From: Candidatus Woesebacteria bacterium RIFCSPHIGHO2_01_FULL_39_23
GTDB taxonomy: Bacteria > Patescibacteriota > Microgenomatia > UBA8517
Direction of reading: 5' to 3'
DNA: 45,593 nucleotides
Assembly (NCBI GenBank): GCA_001792305.1
Contig: MGGH01000022.1
Location: 15,916 to 61,508, forward strand
Shown: positions 10,484 through 19,745 of the stretch, in pieces
How positions within the stretch are numbered: position 1 is the stretch's first letter
Layout of the letters: each line of letters opens with the position of its first letter
The notes under the pieces: model-generated
Told to the model about the DNA's origin: nothing
Seen by the model: the letters and a program-made list of their open reading frames with translations, nothing else
Database searches by the model: none
Position numbers and translations under genes: made by a program

Positions 10484-10678
10484 ATGAGTGTTGAGAGAAA
10501 AAGCATTGTTGAGCGAATAACCGAACTCTCTAAAAAACTTGACGTAATCTTCTTTGCAATTGGAGGAGTTGTTTATCTTTTTAGTCCTGGTGTAGGTTTA
10601 GTTATAATTATCGGAAACGCAATAACCTACGTTACTGCTGACCAAATCGAAAAGTGGTACAAAAAGCGCAAAAGGTAA
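10484..10678 (+). CDS. Small membrane hypothetical protein
   Basis: Hydrophobic hairpin; extended -10 TGATAAAAT 7 nt before ATG. Confidence 0.6.
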   Translation: MSVERKSIVERITELSKKLDVIFFAIGGVVYLFSPGVGLVIIIGNAITYVTADQIEKWYKKRKR

Positions 10679-10903
10679 TTATTTTCTGTTCTTTCCGCAA
10701 ATTCTACAGTCCTCACCGTGGGTGGCAAAAATATAAACAGCCGAAATACCAACCATTACATAGACCAGTTTTTCAAGTTCAGGGACCGTTCCAAGTAAAG
10801 CGCTTACTAAATTAAAATTAAAAAGCCCAACTAACCCCCAGTTTAAAGCGCCAACAACAGTTAGTGGAAAAGTTACAATGTGCAAGAGCTCCTTTGTCTT
10901 CAT
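10679..10903 (-). CDS. DUF378 family small membrane protein
   Basis: VGALNWGLVGLFNFNLV signature. Confidence 0.85.
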   Translation of the reverse strand: MKTKELLHIVTFPLTVVGALNWGLVGLFNFNLVSALLGTVPELEKLVYVMVGISAVYIFATHGEDCRICGKNRK

Positions 10904-11137
10904 ATTCATCACCCCCTATCCCGTTAGATTATTTATACCAAAATACTATTTATAGATGCAATTTAGAGTATTTTGGGTGAATACTCCTCTTACTCAGGTT
11001 TTCAACCAATGAGAGTTGAAAAATTCAGAAATCGAACTTTATAAAATTGATTTTGAGAAGGGAGATTTGTCCTTTTTTTTACTATGATATCATTAGTAAG
11101 ATTTTGTTTTTATTTATCGAGCTGGAGGTGATAGTAA

Positions 11138-11338
11138 GTGAATAACAATAAAAAATGTGGACACAAATGGCGAAAGGCAGGAATTTGGGATGGAAAAACT
11201 CCAGACGGGAATAGAACGGGTGGAATTATGTACAAATGCGATGTGTGTGGTGAAGAGATCACTGACCAGCGAATTGGCGAAAAGGGCGGATCAATTATCC
11301 AAGGTACAAACGCTTTTGGTGTGCCCACCAAACAATAG
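11138..11338 (+). CDS. Small zinc-ribbon-like protein
   Basis: CGHKW...YKCDVCG; strong SD GGAGGTG 7 nt before GTG. Confidence 0.65.
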   Translation: MNNNKKCGHKWRKAGIWDGKTPDGNRTGGIMYKCDVCGEEITDQRIGEKGGSIIQGTNAFGVPTKQ

Positions 11339-11354
11339 AAAGAAAAAACTTTTT

Positions 11355-12605
11355 ATGGATAATTATGTAATTAAACAAGCTGGTATAATATCGAGAAAGA
11401 TTAGAAATTTAAGCAACTATAATAATTCCCAAAATTTAGTTCCAAATGTTTTTTTTGCAAAAACCATACTTTCCGAAGTTGAATTTTTAATAAAAAAAGT
11501 TCCTGAAATATATGAGGTCAATTCGGTTGAAGAACTATATATCTTGGAACTCAAGAGATATCTCGAATTAATAAGTGCTTTTTTGAAAAGGAAGATTGTA
11601 GGCAAACGACAAAATTGGGTAGAAATTAAAGAATTATATTACATCCAAGATGAAGACTTGCTACAGATAGAGAATTGGCTGAGAAGTAATAAGGAATTAA
11701 TTTTTGAAACAAGCAATAGACTTCTTAATTCTGACAAATTTGCAAACGTTGAAACTGTGCAATGGATTCCAAATTCATACAAAATTAAGGAAAAAATAGA
11801 GCGCGAGATGCTTAGATTAGTTGAAATTTTAGTACGTTTTACAAAAGACACGTTTGCTAAAAATGATGACCGTATAGCACAAGAATTTGATAATTATATA
11901 TTTGATTTCAACTATGATATTAGATCGTCAGTTTTTCGTGAGAACTCTAAGGCCGTGCTATTTAATATGAATAATATAGTTAACTTCCAAGAGGGAAAAC
12001 CTATTATTGATTTTGGTCTTTTTGTCGAGCATTTCGGCCACGAAGTATGGGGACATTGTATGAATCAAATCATGACAAGGATTTCGGATTTGCCAGAATT
12101 TCTAAAGATCCCTCAAACTGCTGCAAGTAAGACTATTGAAGAGTTGGTATCAATTTATTTTGAAAAAAAGATATTTGTTGTTTTAGAGGAAAAGCAAGAT
12201 TATTATGAAGAATTTCGTACAAATATTTCTTTCGCAGATTTTATAAAAGAATACAAAACTATCAAATTAATGCTTGATTATTCTAAAAAATTACGCGACT
12301 TTGTTATGTATCAAGTAATAACGTTTAATCAGATATCAGAAACAGACCTCCTCCGAAGAGTTGCTAAGTATTCCTTAAGTGAGGAATACGCGAAGTATTT
12401 GGTTAATACTAACATTAGGGAGTACAACTCAGGAAAAGGGTTTTTTGATGACCTATATTTCTTAAGATATCACTCTTTATTCTTGGATAAATTAATTAGC
12501 AACATTGATAAATCTAAAATAAATAAAGCCGAACGCGCTTTTTTAACAGGATATTGGTCTCCGGATGGACTAAAAGAGTGGATAAATTTGAATATTAATA
12601 AATGA
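11355..12605 (+). CDS. Hypothetical protein with HExxxH motif, possible zinc metallopeptidase (DUF885/DUF1704-like)
   Basis: HEVWGH followed ~30 aa later by IEELVSIYFE; AT-rich; ATG 11355 preferred over the track start, which overlaps the previous gene. Confidence 0.55.
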   Translation: MDNYVIKQAGIISRKIRNLSNYNNSQNLVPNVFFAKTILSEVEFLIKKVPEIYEVNSVEELYILELKRYLELISAFLKRKIVGKRQNWVEIKELYYIQDEDLLQIENWLRSNKELIFETSNRLLNSDKFANVETVQWIPNSYKIKEKIEREMLRLVEILVRFTKDTFAKNDDRIAQEFDNYIFDFNYDIRSSVFRENSKAVLFNMNNIVNFQEGKPIIDFGLFVEHFGHEVWGHCMNQIMTRISDLPEFLKIPQTAASKTIEELVSIYFEKKIFVVLEEKQDYYEEFRTNISFADFIKEYKTIKLMLDYSKKLRDFVMYQVITFNQISETDLLRRVAKYSLSEEYAKYLVNTNIREYNSGKGFFDDLYFLRYHSLFLDKLISNIDKSKINKAERAFLTGYWSPDGLKEWINLNINK

Positions 12606-12886
12606 CGAATAAAGTTAGATTAAGATGTATCCATTCTTGACTGGCAGAAGTTTATAAAAACAGGAGTTTCTTTACCTTTAGTTGATTTATTGATAGTAAA
12701 TGTTGTTTTTGCCACAATTTTTCACGAGTTTTTTGGACCATTCTTATCATAAACTTAACCAAAACCTAGAGGAGGTTTATAACGCCAAGGTCAAAGGAAC
12801 ATGGTGAAAGTTACTTCAGAACCAGCTTGGACTCTGGAAGACCAAATATCAGTAGATAGTAGTTAGTATCCGTACAAAGTAACTAG

Positions 12887-12955
12887 ATATGCGACACTAG
12901 ATATTCCTCAGGTGTAGCAAAATTCAGACTAAAGTGTATCGGAAGTGTCGCATAT
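12887..12955. repeat. Imperfect 69-bp palindrome, copy 1 of a two-copy family
   Basis: ATATGCGACACT at 12887-12898 and AGTGTCGCATAT at 12944-12955; reverse complement of the right arm resembles 18434-18467. Confidence 0.6.
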
Positions 12956-13015
12956 GTGTTTACACAATTCGATAATTACAAACTAAAGTAAAATTGGTAT
13001 AAAATAAAGATTGTA

Positions 13016-13321
13016 GTGAAAATTGATATAAAAACAAAAGATCTTGAAATAACTGAATATATTCAAAAACTCGTCCAAAAAAAGCTCGTCTCAAAAATTG
13101 ACCGCGTTACCAAAAATCTTACGGACGACGAAAAAAAAGCAACACTAAGACTCAAAAAAAGAAGCAGATGGGGCTTTAGAGTAAATCTATCTATGTGGCT
13201 TCCCGGAAAACATCATATTTTCAGTGAAGAGATACATAAAGATTTGCAATCTGCGCTTGTCAACCTTCGCGAAGAAGTCATAAGCCAAATAAAAGAGTAC
13301 AAAGAAAAGCACAACAAATGA
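13016..13321 (+). CDS. hpf: Ribosome hibernation factor (short HPF/RaiA family)
   Basis: MKIDIKTKDLEITEYIQKLVQKKL...DLQSALVNLREEVISQIKEYKEK fits the S30AE fold pattern. Confidence 0.8.
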   Translation: MKIDIKTKDLEITEYIQKLVQKKLVSKIDRVTKNLTDDEKKATLRLKKRSRWGFRVNLSMWLPGKHHIFSEEIHKDLQSALVNLREEVISQIKEYKEKHNK

Positions 13322-13395
13322 AACAATTCAGCTTTACCAATACCAATAATCTTATACTCATTCCTGTAAAACTGAGTAACTTTTAATACTAAACG

Positions 13396-13671
13396 GTGGC
13401 AAAGAATAATTGGTCGGCGGATGTAACTAAAAAAAGCATCGCACTTGATTTGGAAGAGGATGTATTTACTTGGGATAGTCCCAAAAAAATTGCAGAAAGC
13501 TTAATGCAATCCGCTGAAAAAAGCACCCGAAGAAAATCTCCTCCCTTTCAGTCTGCCATGAGTATGCTCAATTTCTACATCAATCGAGCCGGTAAAAACT
13601 TAAAGCCACTAAGAAAAAGCACGCTTGAACAAGCAAAAATTGAGCTCAGAAGGCTATATACAAAACCCTAG
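13396..13671 (+). CDS. DUF3175 family protein
   Basis: WSADVT...ALDLEEDVFT...SAMSMLNFYINRAGKNL signature. Confidence 0.8.
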   Translation: MAKNNWSADVTKKSIALDLEEDVFTWDSPKKIAESLMQSAEKSTRRKSPPFQSAMSMLNFYINRAGKNLKPLRKSTLEQAKIELRRLYTKP

Positions 13672-13676
13672 GCCTT

Positions 13677-14033
13677 TTAATATCTCGCCCTGCTTCGACC
13701 TCCACGTCTGTCTCGACCTCCGCGGTTTCCTCCGTCGCGTCTAAATCCACCACGATCATAAGATCCACCTCGATCTTCTCGGGGAGCCATAGGACGGGCT
13801 TCATTTACTGTAATGGTACGACCGTCAAGAGAATAGTTATTAAACTTCTCGACAGCAGCCTTCGCCGCATCCTCAGAACCCATTTCCACAAATCCAAAGC
13901 CCTTTGATTTTCCGGTAAACTTGTCGGTAATAACTGTCGCGGAAACAACCTGCCCAGCCTGCGCAAAAAGTTCGCGAAGAGCATCTTCCGTCGTTCCCCA
14001 AGACAATCCCCCAACAAACAATCTAGTTGCCAT
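13677..14033 (-). CDS. RRM RNA-binding protein with RGG-rich tail
   Basis: RNP2 LFVGGL, RNP1 KGFGFVEM; SD GGAGGTG. Confidence 0.93.
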   Translation of the reverse strand: MATRLFVGGLSWGTTEDALRELFAQAGQVVSATVITDKFTGKSKGFGFVEMGSEDAAKAAVEKFNNYSLDGRTITVNEARPMAPREDRGGSYDRGGFRRDGGNRGGRDRRGGRSRARY

Positions 14034-14175
14034 TTTTATCACCTCCTTTATTTAAACTGCCTTTACAAACTACCTTCTCTACTAACTATTTTGGGAAATA
14101 ATCCTTGAGAAACTTAAAGCTGTAAAAGGAGCTAACGGGTAACAGTATATATTAAGTCAAAGAGAAATAAAAGAA

Positions 14176-14517
14176 CTACCTTGAAATCAGCTCTATGGTT
14201 GGAATAATGCGGCTTCTGGTTTTCTTATTTTTGGGAAAACCGGTTGGAAGCAAGTATCCTTGCCAATCACCTTCACCTATAAATAATTCCAAATGAAGCA
14301 TGTCTGTCAAGTTTGGATCGTCTTTAACTTCATAAAGTCTATATTCTCCTTTGGAGAGTTTTTGGTCGGTTCTGTGGGTTCGGTGGGTAGAAACTAGTAT
14401 CTCTCCAACTGATCTTGTAAATATCCAAACAAATGTTTTTCCGTCAAGTTTTAAAATCTTTACGTCATTTCTAGTTTCAACCAACGAATACTTTCCTTTT
14501 CTTAAAAGTTTTATCAT
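14176..14517 (-). CDS. Hypothetical protein
   Basis: Clean ORF; start placed at ATG 14517 (the track start is 14529). Confidence 0.7.
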   Translation of the reverse strand: MIKLLRKGKYSLVETRNDVKILKLDGKTFVWIFTRSVGEILVSTHRTHRTDQKLSKGEYRLYEVKDDPNLTDMLHLELFIGEGDWQGYLLPTGFPKNKKTRSRIIPTIELISR

Positions 14518-14623
14518 GTAACTACCCAATTAGATCTAGGTGTACCAAGCTATCTTACACCCTTTAAGTAAGTTTCTAACAAAAAACATATTCCCCTCAC
14601 TCGCTAAGTATATTATGGTTAAT

Positions 14624-15280
14624 TTATTCTTGTTCCGCTATCTTTGCGAGGGATTTCCAATTTCCCTTCTTAGCTAGAGAGTAATCAACAGTATCTCCCG
14701 TGTATTTGAAAACTTCACCACTTGCAACATTTAACCGATAAAGGCTTGTTCTTTTAATCCTAGACACACTTTCTTCCTTCTCATCTAGTCTCTGGCCGAG
14801 TCTTAAAAAGAGTACCAGATCTTTTTCATCTTCATCGGTATTTAAAATATCATCTATTAGTAATCGGTCTAAATATATTGCCTCGGGATCGGTCGCCTTT
14901 ATCTTTGTTGAAAACCTTCTTAGAATGGGGGCTAAGTTTCCCAATAGGTCTGTGTCTAGTAACCCTGCGAACTTTCCGCGTGGAAAATTTCTTAGTAAAA
15001 CAAATATTTCCATAGACGATATAATATCCGCATAATCCATAGTTGATAAATCTAATTCGGGCGACCAATTTTCTTCTTTTATGTATTTTCTGTCTCCCTC
15101 GCCTCTAAATTTATACCGAACAATTGAAGTTTTTATAGAGTCCCCGTCTTTACGAGCCAACAATCCTTTACCTGTAGAGTAATAAGCATAAACAGAAACA
15201 TCTTTGTCATATTCGGTCTTAGCATCATGAAGAGGGGGATCCTTATGATGGCCTTCGTAAGTCTCACCAGTCTCATCCAT
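14624..15280 (-). CDS. Hypothetical protein
   Basis: 218-aa ORF, no recognisable motif. Confidence 0.65.
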   Translation of the reverse strand: MDETGETYEGHHKDPPLHDAKTEYDKDVSVYAYYSTGKGLLARKDGDSIKTSIVRYKFRGEGDRKYIKEENWSPELDLSTMDYADIISSMEIFVLLRNFPRGKFAGLLDTDLLGNLAPILRRFSTKIKATDPEAIYLDRLLIDDILNTDEDEKDLVLFLRLGQRLDEKEESVSRIKRTSLYRLNVASGEVFKYTGDTVDYSLAKKGNWKSLAKIAEQE

Positions 15281-15432
15281 AACGTCAATAAAACTAAATC
15301 CTATAATTATTTTACTTTAACTGGCTACAGTTTACAACTTTTTGAAACCGACCAGGCTCCTTAAATTAAACTACTCCAGGAGTAAAATGATTTGACACAT
15401 GTAGTAGACCACTCCAATGCCAAAAAACCTAC

Positions 15433-16011
15433 TTAAACCATTAGTCCGTTTTGATATCGACCAATTGATTTAAGCCAATCAACAAACTCAGCATATCTTT
15501 TCTTAAATAAAAGTTTCGAATATTTGTAATGAAGTTTATCTTCTAGAATCGGCATTCTTCGATTCCATTCGGGAATATACTTGTCTCTCTCTGCTTCGGA
15601 GATCAACCCAGCATCAAATCGGTCAAAAGCGTATTTCCAGCGGGGAATGGAAACTAAGGCGATTTTATCGGCGTCGTAAAGTAGTTTAGCTTCGCTGTTT
15701 TGTTGCTCTTGACCGAAAGAATGGCTACTTATGATGTTAAGTATTTCCTGGATTTCTTCTTGGTTTAATCCCAAATCTAAAAACTCTTTAATTAACAACT
15801 CTTCCCCTCTTGTATTGTCTTTAAATACGTCATGCCACCAAGCGGCAACTTCGAGAAGTCCATTTTTAAGCTCTATAACTTCTGCGTCTTTGATGTCAAA
15901 TATATTGCAGACAACCTCTGCGTGATGATCTAGGGTATGGTAAACATCAAATGGGTTCTCTAGAAGTAGCTCTTTGGCTCTATTTATTGCCTTGATATAC
16001 AAATTATTCAC
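15433..16011 (-). CDS. HD-domain phosphohydrolase
   Basis: YHTLDH...WWHD...H...YDADK metal-binding pattern. Confidence 0.85.
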   Translation of the reverse strand: MNNLYIKAINRAKELLLENPFDVYHTLDHHAEVVCNIFDIKDAEVIELKNGLLEVAAWWHDVFKDNTRGEELLIKEFLDLGLNQEEIQEILNIISSHSFGQEQQNSEAKLLYDADKIALVSIPRWKYAFDRFDAGLISEAERDKYIPEWNRRMPILEDKLHYKYSKLLFKKRYAEFVDWLKSIGRYQNGLMV

Positions 16012-16073
16012 TAACTCATTCTACCAAAAGTTCGAAAAAAAGCGTTTTGCCAACCAGTACTCCCCGCGCCTGA
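16012..16073 (-). repeat. ~62-bp direct repeat, copy A; carries extended -10 TGGTAGAAT for the HD gene
   Basis: Shares perfect blocks ATTCTACCAAAAGTTC (16 nt) and CCAGTACTCCCCGCGCCTGA (20 nt) with 18581-18644. Confidence 0.85.
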
Positions 16074-16219
16074 GAAAAGAGCTAAAACTAAAGAAGAAAA
16101 AGACCGGGCAGAAAACGAACTACACAGCCACTAAAACGGAACAGGTTTCTTATTAATCCATAAAGCAAGAAGATTGTAGCTAAATTCCCGTTTTACGGTT
16201 TTTATAGTGTTTTACCTTG

Positions 16220-18376
16220 TCAATTAAGCGTAAGTACAATCTGAGGAATTTGAGAAGAATTACCCTCACCTGACGTGTAGTCGCCGCCGTCTGTGGATGT
16301 CGAATTAATTCTAAAACTATAAACCCCGTCACCAGTTATGTAACTTCCTATATTAACCTCGTACCATATACCTTTTTTTACCCTTCCCAAACTACCGAGA
16401 AAAGTTCCGGCAGAAGGCGCTGTATTCCAAGTCACAGAAGATTGACCCCAGTTGGTATCTGAAGAATAGAAATATCCTCCAATATTAGAACTCCCGACAC
16501 TATAAAGCCTCAATTTTGCGCTGATAACTTGGCTGCCGTTAACTCCCGTTATGTTAAATTTCACCAGGAAGTTTTTAACAGGACTATTATCAACTTCCAA
16601 TGTTGCAAGTGAACCGTAATTAGCGGAAGGATTTGCTTTATAAATTGAGGCATCGTCTGTTGGATTAAAAATCAAAGGTGAAGGAGTAGGAGTTGGTGTT
16701 GGTGTTGGAGTTGGTGTCGGTGTTAGTGTTGGTGTTACGGTGGGGGTAGGAGTCAACGTTGGCGTCGGACTTGGAGTTGGAGTTTCAACGGGCGTAGGTG
16801 TTGGACTCGGAGTGGGTGTTGGACTCGGTGTAGGAGAAGGAGCTGAACAGTCTTTGACTACACTATAATTATCAATCAACACCCCATTCGCATTATAGAA
16901 TTGGTAAGTAATATCAGATGTAGTTGCCGTAATAAGCATTGCCCCGCGATCCTCGTTATAACGCACGATAGAAGTGGCTTCAGGCGGCAAAGTTCCCAGA
17001 TTATCAAACGTATATAAAGATGCCCCTCCTGCTCCGTTTACAAAATAAGGAATTCCATTAACATCAATGCGTTCATAAAGATGGTCATGCCCGTTTAAAA
17101 CTACATCAGCACCCCAAGATGCAAATGGCCAGCGCATGGTGGTGGTGGAGCCATGACGACCTGATGAGTAGGGTGGGTGATGGAAATAAACCACATCATA
17201 GCAGGAGTTGGATGCGACCAGCTTGGTTTGCAACCAGTTTGCCTGAATCGAACTTATGCTCCTACCGTCGGGTTCTCCGGTATCACTATCTATGGCATAT
17301 AAATGGACCAAGCCCAGATCGACATCATAATAGCGTTCGTTATTGGGTAAGGTGAAGTAGTCGAAATACGCACCCGTACAACCTAGGATGTCACAGGTAA
17401 TTGTGTGCCAATCGTGATTCCCTAATGATGGCCAAAAACGGTTGATTGCACTACCTAAGCCAAAAGACCCTTGATAATTTCCAATATACTGACTGTAGTA
17501 TTTCCCGATATTTGCGTCAATCGTTGTGGCTTCACCATCCGGATAATTGTTGTCGCCGGTTGTAATCACATGGTCCGGATTCCAAGAATTTACAAGATTT
17601 GCGACTCGAGCTTCATTGGCATCGTCTGTACCAAAATCACCGATTACGGCAAAGCGTATTGTTCCTTCGGGGAAGGGTGTAGGAGAGGGGGTTGGAGTAG
17701 GAGTAAAAGTGGGGGTCGGAGTGGGGGTCGGAATGCCGCTGGGTAAAAAACTTATGACAAGCAGGGGGGCATTGGAAGCTTCCCCGTTATACGATTCAGC
17801 AGTTCTTCTTCCTGTTCCTTCAATCGTGATAACCAAAGAGTTACCGCTGATCCAGCCGGGTCTATTAACTATTTCTTGGATAATACCACCTAAATCTGGA
17901 GTAATCTTTTTTTCACTGATTACTGTCCAAGGCGGTATGTTATCCCAAGATATGGATGTATTAGTTACGGGACGAGAGGAGATATTTGTAGTTTGATTTA
18001 CGAATGTTACAGGGTTATCAGAGCTTTCACCCCTGATTGTTACATATGTCGAGCCGCTTTGTGACTCGTCAACCTCAAACTCTATATAGGCACTGGTAAT
18101 AATTGCTCCCTGCGGAATTTGCAGATTATTAAAGCGCATTCCTACCAATTGAAGTACAGAACCCTCAGCCCCCAACTCCAAATCGCTACTAGAAAGGCCC
18201 ACAGAGCCGCTACCAATCGCCTCTTCCGCATCGTCAGATGATGAATTCACACGGCTTGAGATTGTTGTGGGATCTGGAGTTTGAGAAAGGATTTTCGAAG
18301 GGCGGAGGAAAACAAAATAAAGTAGTATCAGTAAAGGTAAGAAAACAAATTTTGATTTAAGCGAAAATGTTTTCAC
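16220..18376 (-). CDS. Secreted calcineurin-like metallophosphoesterase flanked by two beta-rich accessory domains (DNRLRE/CBM96-like) and Pro-Thr linkers
   Basis: Signal peptide; GDFG, GDNNY, GNHD, HH and GHDH motifs; (PT)n linkers; SAKLRLY and TWNTAP motifs. Confidence 0.85.
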   Translation of the reverse strand: MKTFSLKSKFVFLPLLILLYFVFLRPSKILSQTPDPTTISSRVNSSSDDAEEAIGSGSVGLSSSDLELGAEGSVLQLVGMRFNNLQIPQGAIITSAYIEFEVDESQSGSTYVTIRGESSDNPVTFVNQTTNISSRPVTNTSISWDNIPPWTVISEKKITPDLGGIIQEIVNRPGWISGNSLVITIEGTGRRTAESYNGEASNAPLLVISFLPSGIPTPTPTPTFTPTPTPSPTPFPEGTIRFAVIGDFGTDDANEARVANLVNSWNPDHVITTGDNNYPDGEATTIDANIGKYYSQYIGNYQGSFGLGSAINRFWPSLGNHDWHTITCDILGCTGAYFDYFTLPNNERYYDVDLGLVHLYAIDSDTGEPDGRSISSIQANWLQTKLVASNSCYDVVYFHHPPYSSGRHGSTTTMRWPFASWGADVVLNGHDHLYERIDVNGIPYFVNGAGGASLYTFDNLGTLPPEATSIVRYNEDRGAMLITATTSDITYQFYNANGVLIDNYSVVKDCSAPSPTPSPTPTPSPTPTPVETPTPSPTPTLTPTPTVTPTLTPTPTPTPTPTPTPSPLIFNPTDDASIYKANPSANYGSLATLEVDNSPVKNFLVKFNITGVNGSQVISAKLRLYSVGSSNIGGYFYSSDTNWGQSSVTWNTAPSAGTFLGSLGRVKKGIWYEVNIGSYITGDGVYSFRINSTSTDGGDYTSGEGNSSQIPQIVLTLN

Positions 18377-18433
18377 AACTAGAGCAATTTTAGGGCGTTA
18401 ATATACAATTAGCAATGAGACGTTGTACTTATA

Positions 18434-18508
18434 ATATCCGACACTAACCGATACCCCCTAAACTGAACCAGTTATTTCATATATTATTTAGGGTATGCCG
18501 GGTATCGC
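18434..18508. repeat. Imperfect palindrome, copy 2 of the family at 12887-12955
   Basis: ATATCCGACACTAACCGATACCCCCTAAACTGAA versus ATATGCGACACT-TCCGATACACTTTAGTCTGAA (26/34 by eye); nested CGATACCC/GGGTATCG and CCTAAA/TTTAGG arms. Confidence 0.5.
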
Positions 18509-18544
18509 TAGCGAGATCAAGCAGTCACCCACACAATGTTTAAC

Positions 18545-18569
18545 ATTCGTATTTTTTAAAAATACGAAT
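18545..18569. promoter_or_regulatory. 25-bp near-perfect palindrome (operator-like)
   Basis: ATTCGTATTTTT-T-AAAAATACGAAT directly downstream of the repeat B promoter. Confidence 0.45.
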
Positions 18570-18580
18570 AAACATGCTCA

Positions 18581-18644
18581 TAACTCTATTCTACCAAAAG
18601 TTCAAAAAAGAAGAGTATTACCAGCCAGTACTCCCCGCGCCTGA
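18581..18644 (-). repeat. ~64-bp direct repeat, copy B
   Basis: See copy A; again a start codon lies exactly 6 nt after TAGAAT. Confidence 0.85.
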
Positions 18645-18716
18645 AAATAGTATACTGTGAGGTTTCGAGGCTGTTTTAACGGTCTTTAAGAACGCTTGTT
18701 ATAATAGTAACACTAT

Positions 18717-19040
18717 ATGAAACTTGGCATTATTCTTTCAACCAACAGTGGAGAAACTAACTGGAATGCTTTAAGACTTGCAAACTTAGCTTTATCCAAA
18801 GGTGATACCGTCTCTATTTTTCTTGTCAGTGAGGGTGTGGAGTACCAACAGTCAAGTTCTCCCAAGTTTAATATCAAAGAACAAGTTGAAAAGTTTTTGT
18901 CATCCGACAAGGCAAAGATTCTCGCCTGTGGTACATGCCTCGCAATCCGCAAACAAGAGAGTGACCAAGAATGTCCTGAAGGTAGACTTGAAGATTTTTA
19001 CGATTTGGTTGCTGAAAATGATAAGGTGCTTACCTTTTGA
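18717..19040 (+). CDS. DsrE/DsrF-like family protein
   Basis: WNALRLAN...IFLVSEGVE...ILACGTCL...DKVLTF. Confidence 0.88.
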   Translation: MKLGIILSTNSGETNWNALRLANLALSKGDTVSIFLVSEGVEYQQSSSPKFNIKEQVEKFLSSDKAKILACGTCLAIRKQESDQECPEGRLEDFYDLVAENDKVLTF

Positions 19041-19053
19041 AAAGGATAAACCT

Positions 19054-19725
19054 ATAAAAAAGATATTACTGATTGCCATTTTTTTATTCACTTTGTTACT
19101 AACACCATCTGCAACCTTTGCTCAGGGCATGATGGGTAACTGGACGAGTTCACCATCATCCGTGACCTCTGACGACCACACTGCTCGTGAAGAAATTGAA
19201 GGAAAAGAAATCTGGGATAAACTCCAAACAAAACAGCTTGAATGTAAGAATCTTACAGATGAGAACTACGGTTCATTAGGTGAATACTACATGGGACAGA
19301 TGATGGGAAACTCACACGCGGCAATGAATACGATGATGGAGCGGATGATGGGCAAGGAGGGTGAAGAACAAATGCACATTGTTATGGGAAAAAGACTAAG
19401 TGGTTGTGATACTTCTGCTCAACTTCCGCAGAATGGAGTAGGTTTTATACCGATGATGTGGATGATGGGAGGAGGTGGTAATCCTATGATGGGAAGTTTA
19501 GGTATTAATCCGATGGGTTCCTTTGGATGGGGTTTTGGCTTGACTTTTATGATTCTGTTCTGGGGTCTTGTTATTCTAGCCATTGTCGCCTTGGTTAAAT
19601 GGGTTGCAAGTAAAGGGAAGAGCCAAACACAAGAGAAATCCGCCTTAGATATCCTCAAAGAGCGCTATGTTAAAGGCGAGATCGACAAAAAAGAGTTTGA
19701 ACAGATGAAAAAGGAACTCGCCTAA
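19054..19725 (+). CDS. Met-rich exported or membrane protein with C-terminal SHOCT domain; apparent ATA start
   Basis: SD AAGGA then ATA AAA AAG ATA TTA, signal peptide ending ATFA|Q; SALDILKERYVKGEIDKKEFEQMKKEL. Confidence 0.75.
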   Translation: MKKILLIAIFLFTLLLTPSATFAQGMMGNWTSSPSSVTSDDHTAREEIEGKEIWDKLQTKQLECKNLTDENYGSLGEYYMGQMMGNSHAAMNTMMERMMGKEGEEQMHIVMGKRLSGCDTSAQLPQNGVGFIPMMWMMGGGGNPMMGSLGINPMGSFGWGFGLTFMILFWGLVILAIVALVKWVASKGKSQTQEKSALDILKERYVKGEIDKKEFEQMKKELA

Positions 19726-19745
19726 GTGCTTTCCCGTACCTGAAC

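Noticed and set aside
11157-11354. Longer start for the HExxxH protein
   Set aside because: Overlaps the SD-led zinc-ribbon gene in another frame
12944-12972. Chromosomal dif site
   Set aside because: CGCATA resembles a XerC arm, but no TTATGTTAAAT-like XerD arm follows
16678-16845. Repetitive GGWGTN tracts as a CRISPR or DNA-level repeat
   Set aside because: They encode Pro-Thr linkers with synonymous variation; no spacers or cas genes
18802-19053. Long N-terminal extension of the SHOCT protein
   Set aside because: Out-of-frame overlap with the DsrE gene; the signal peptide begins at 19054
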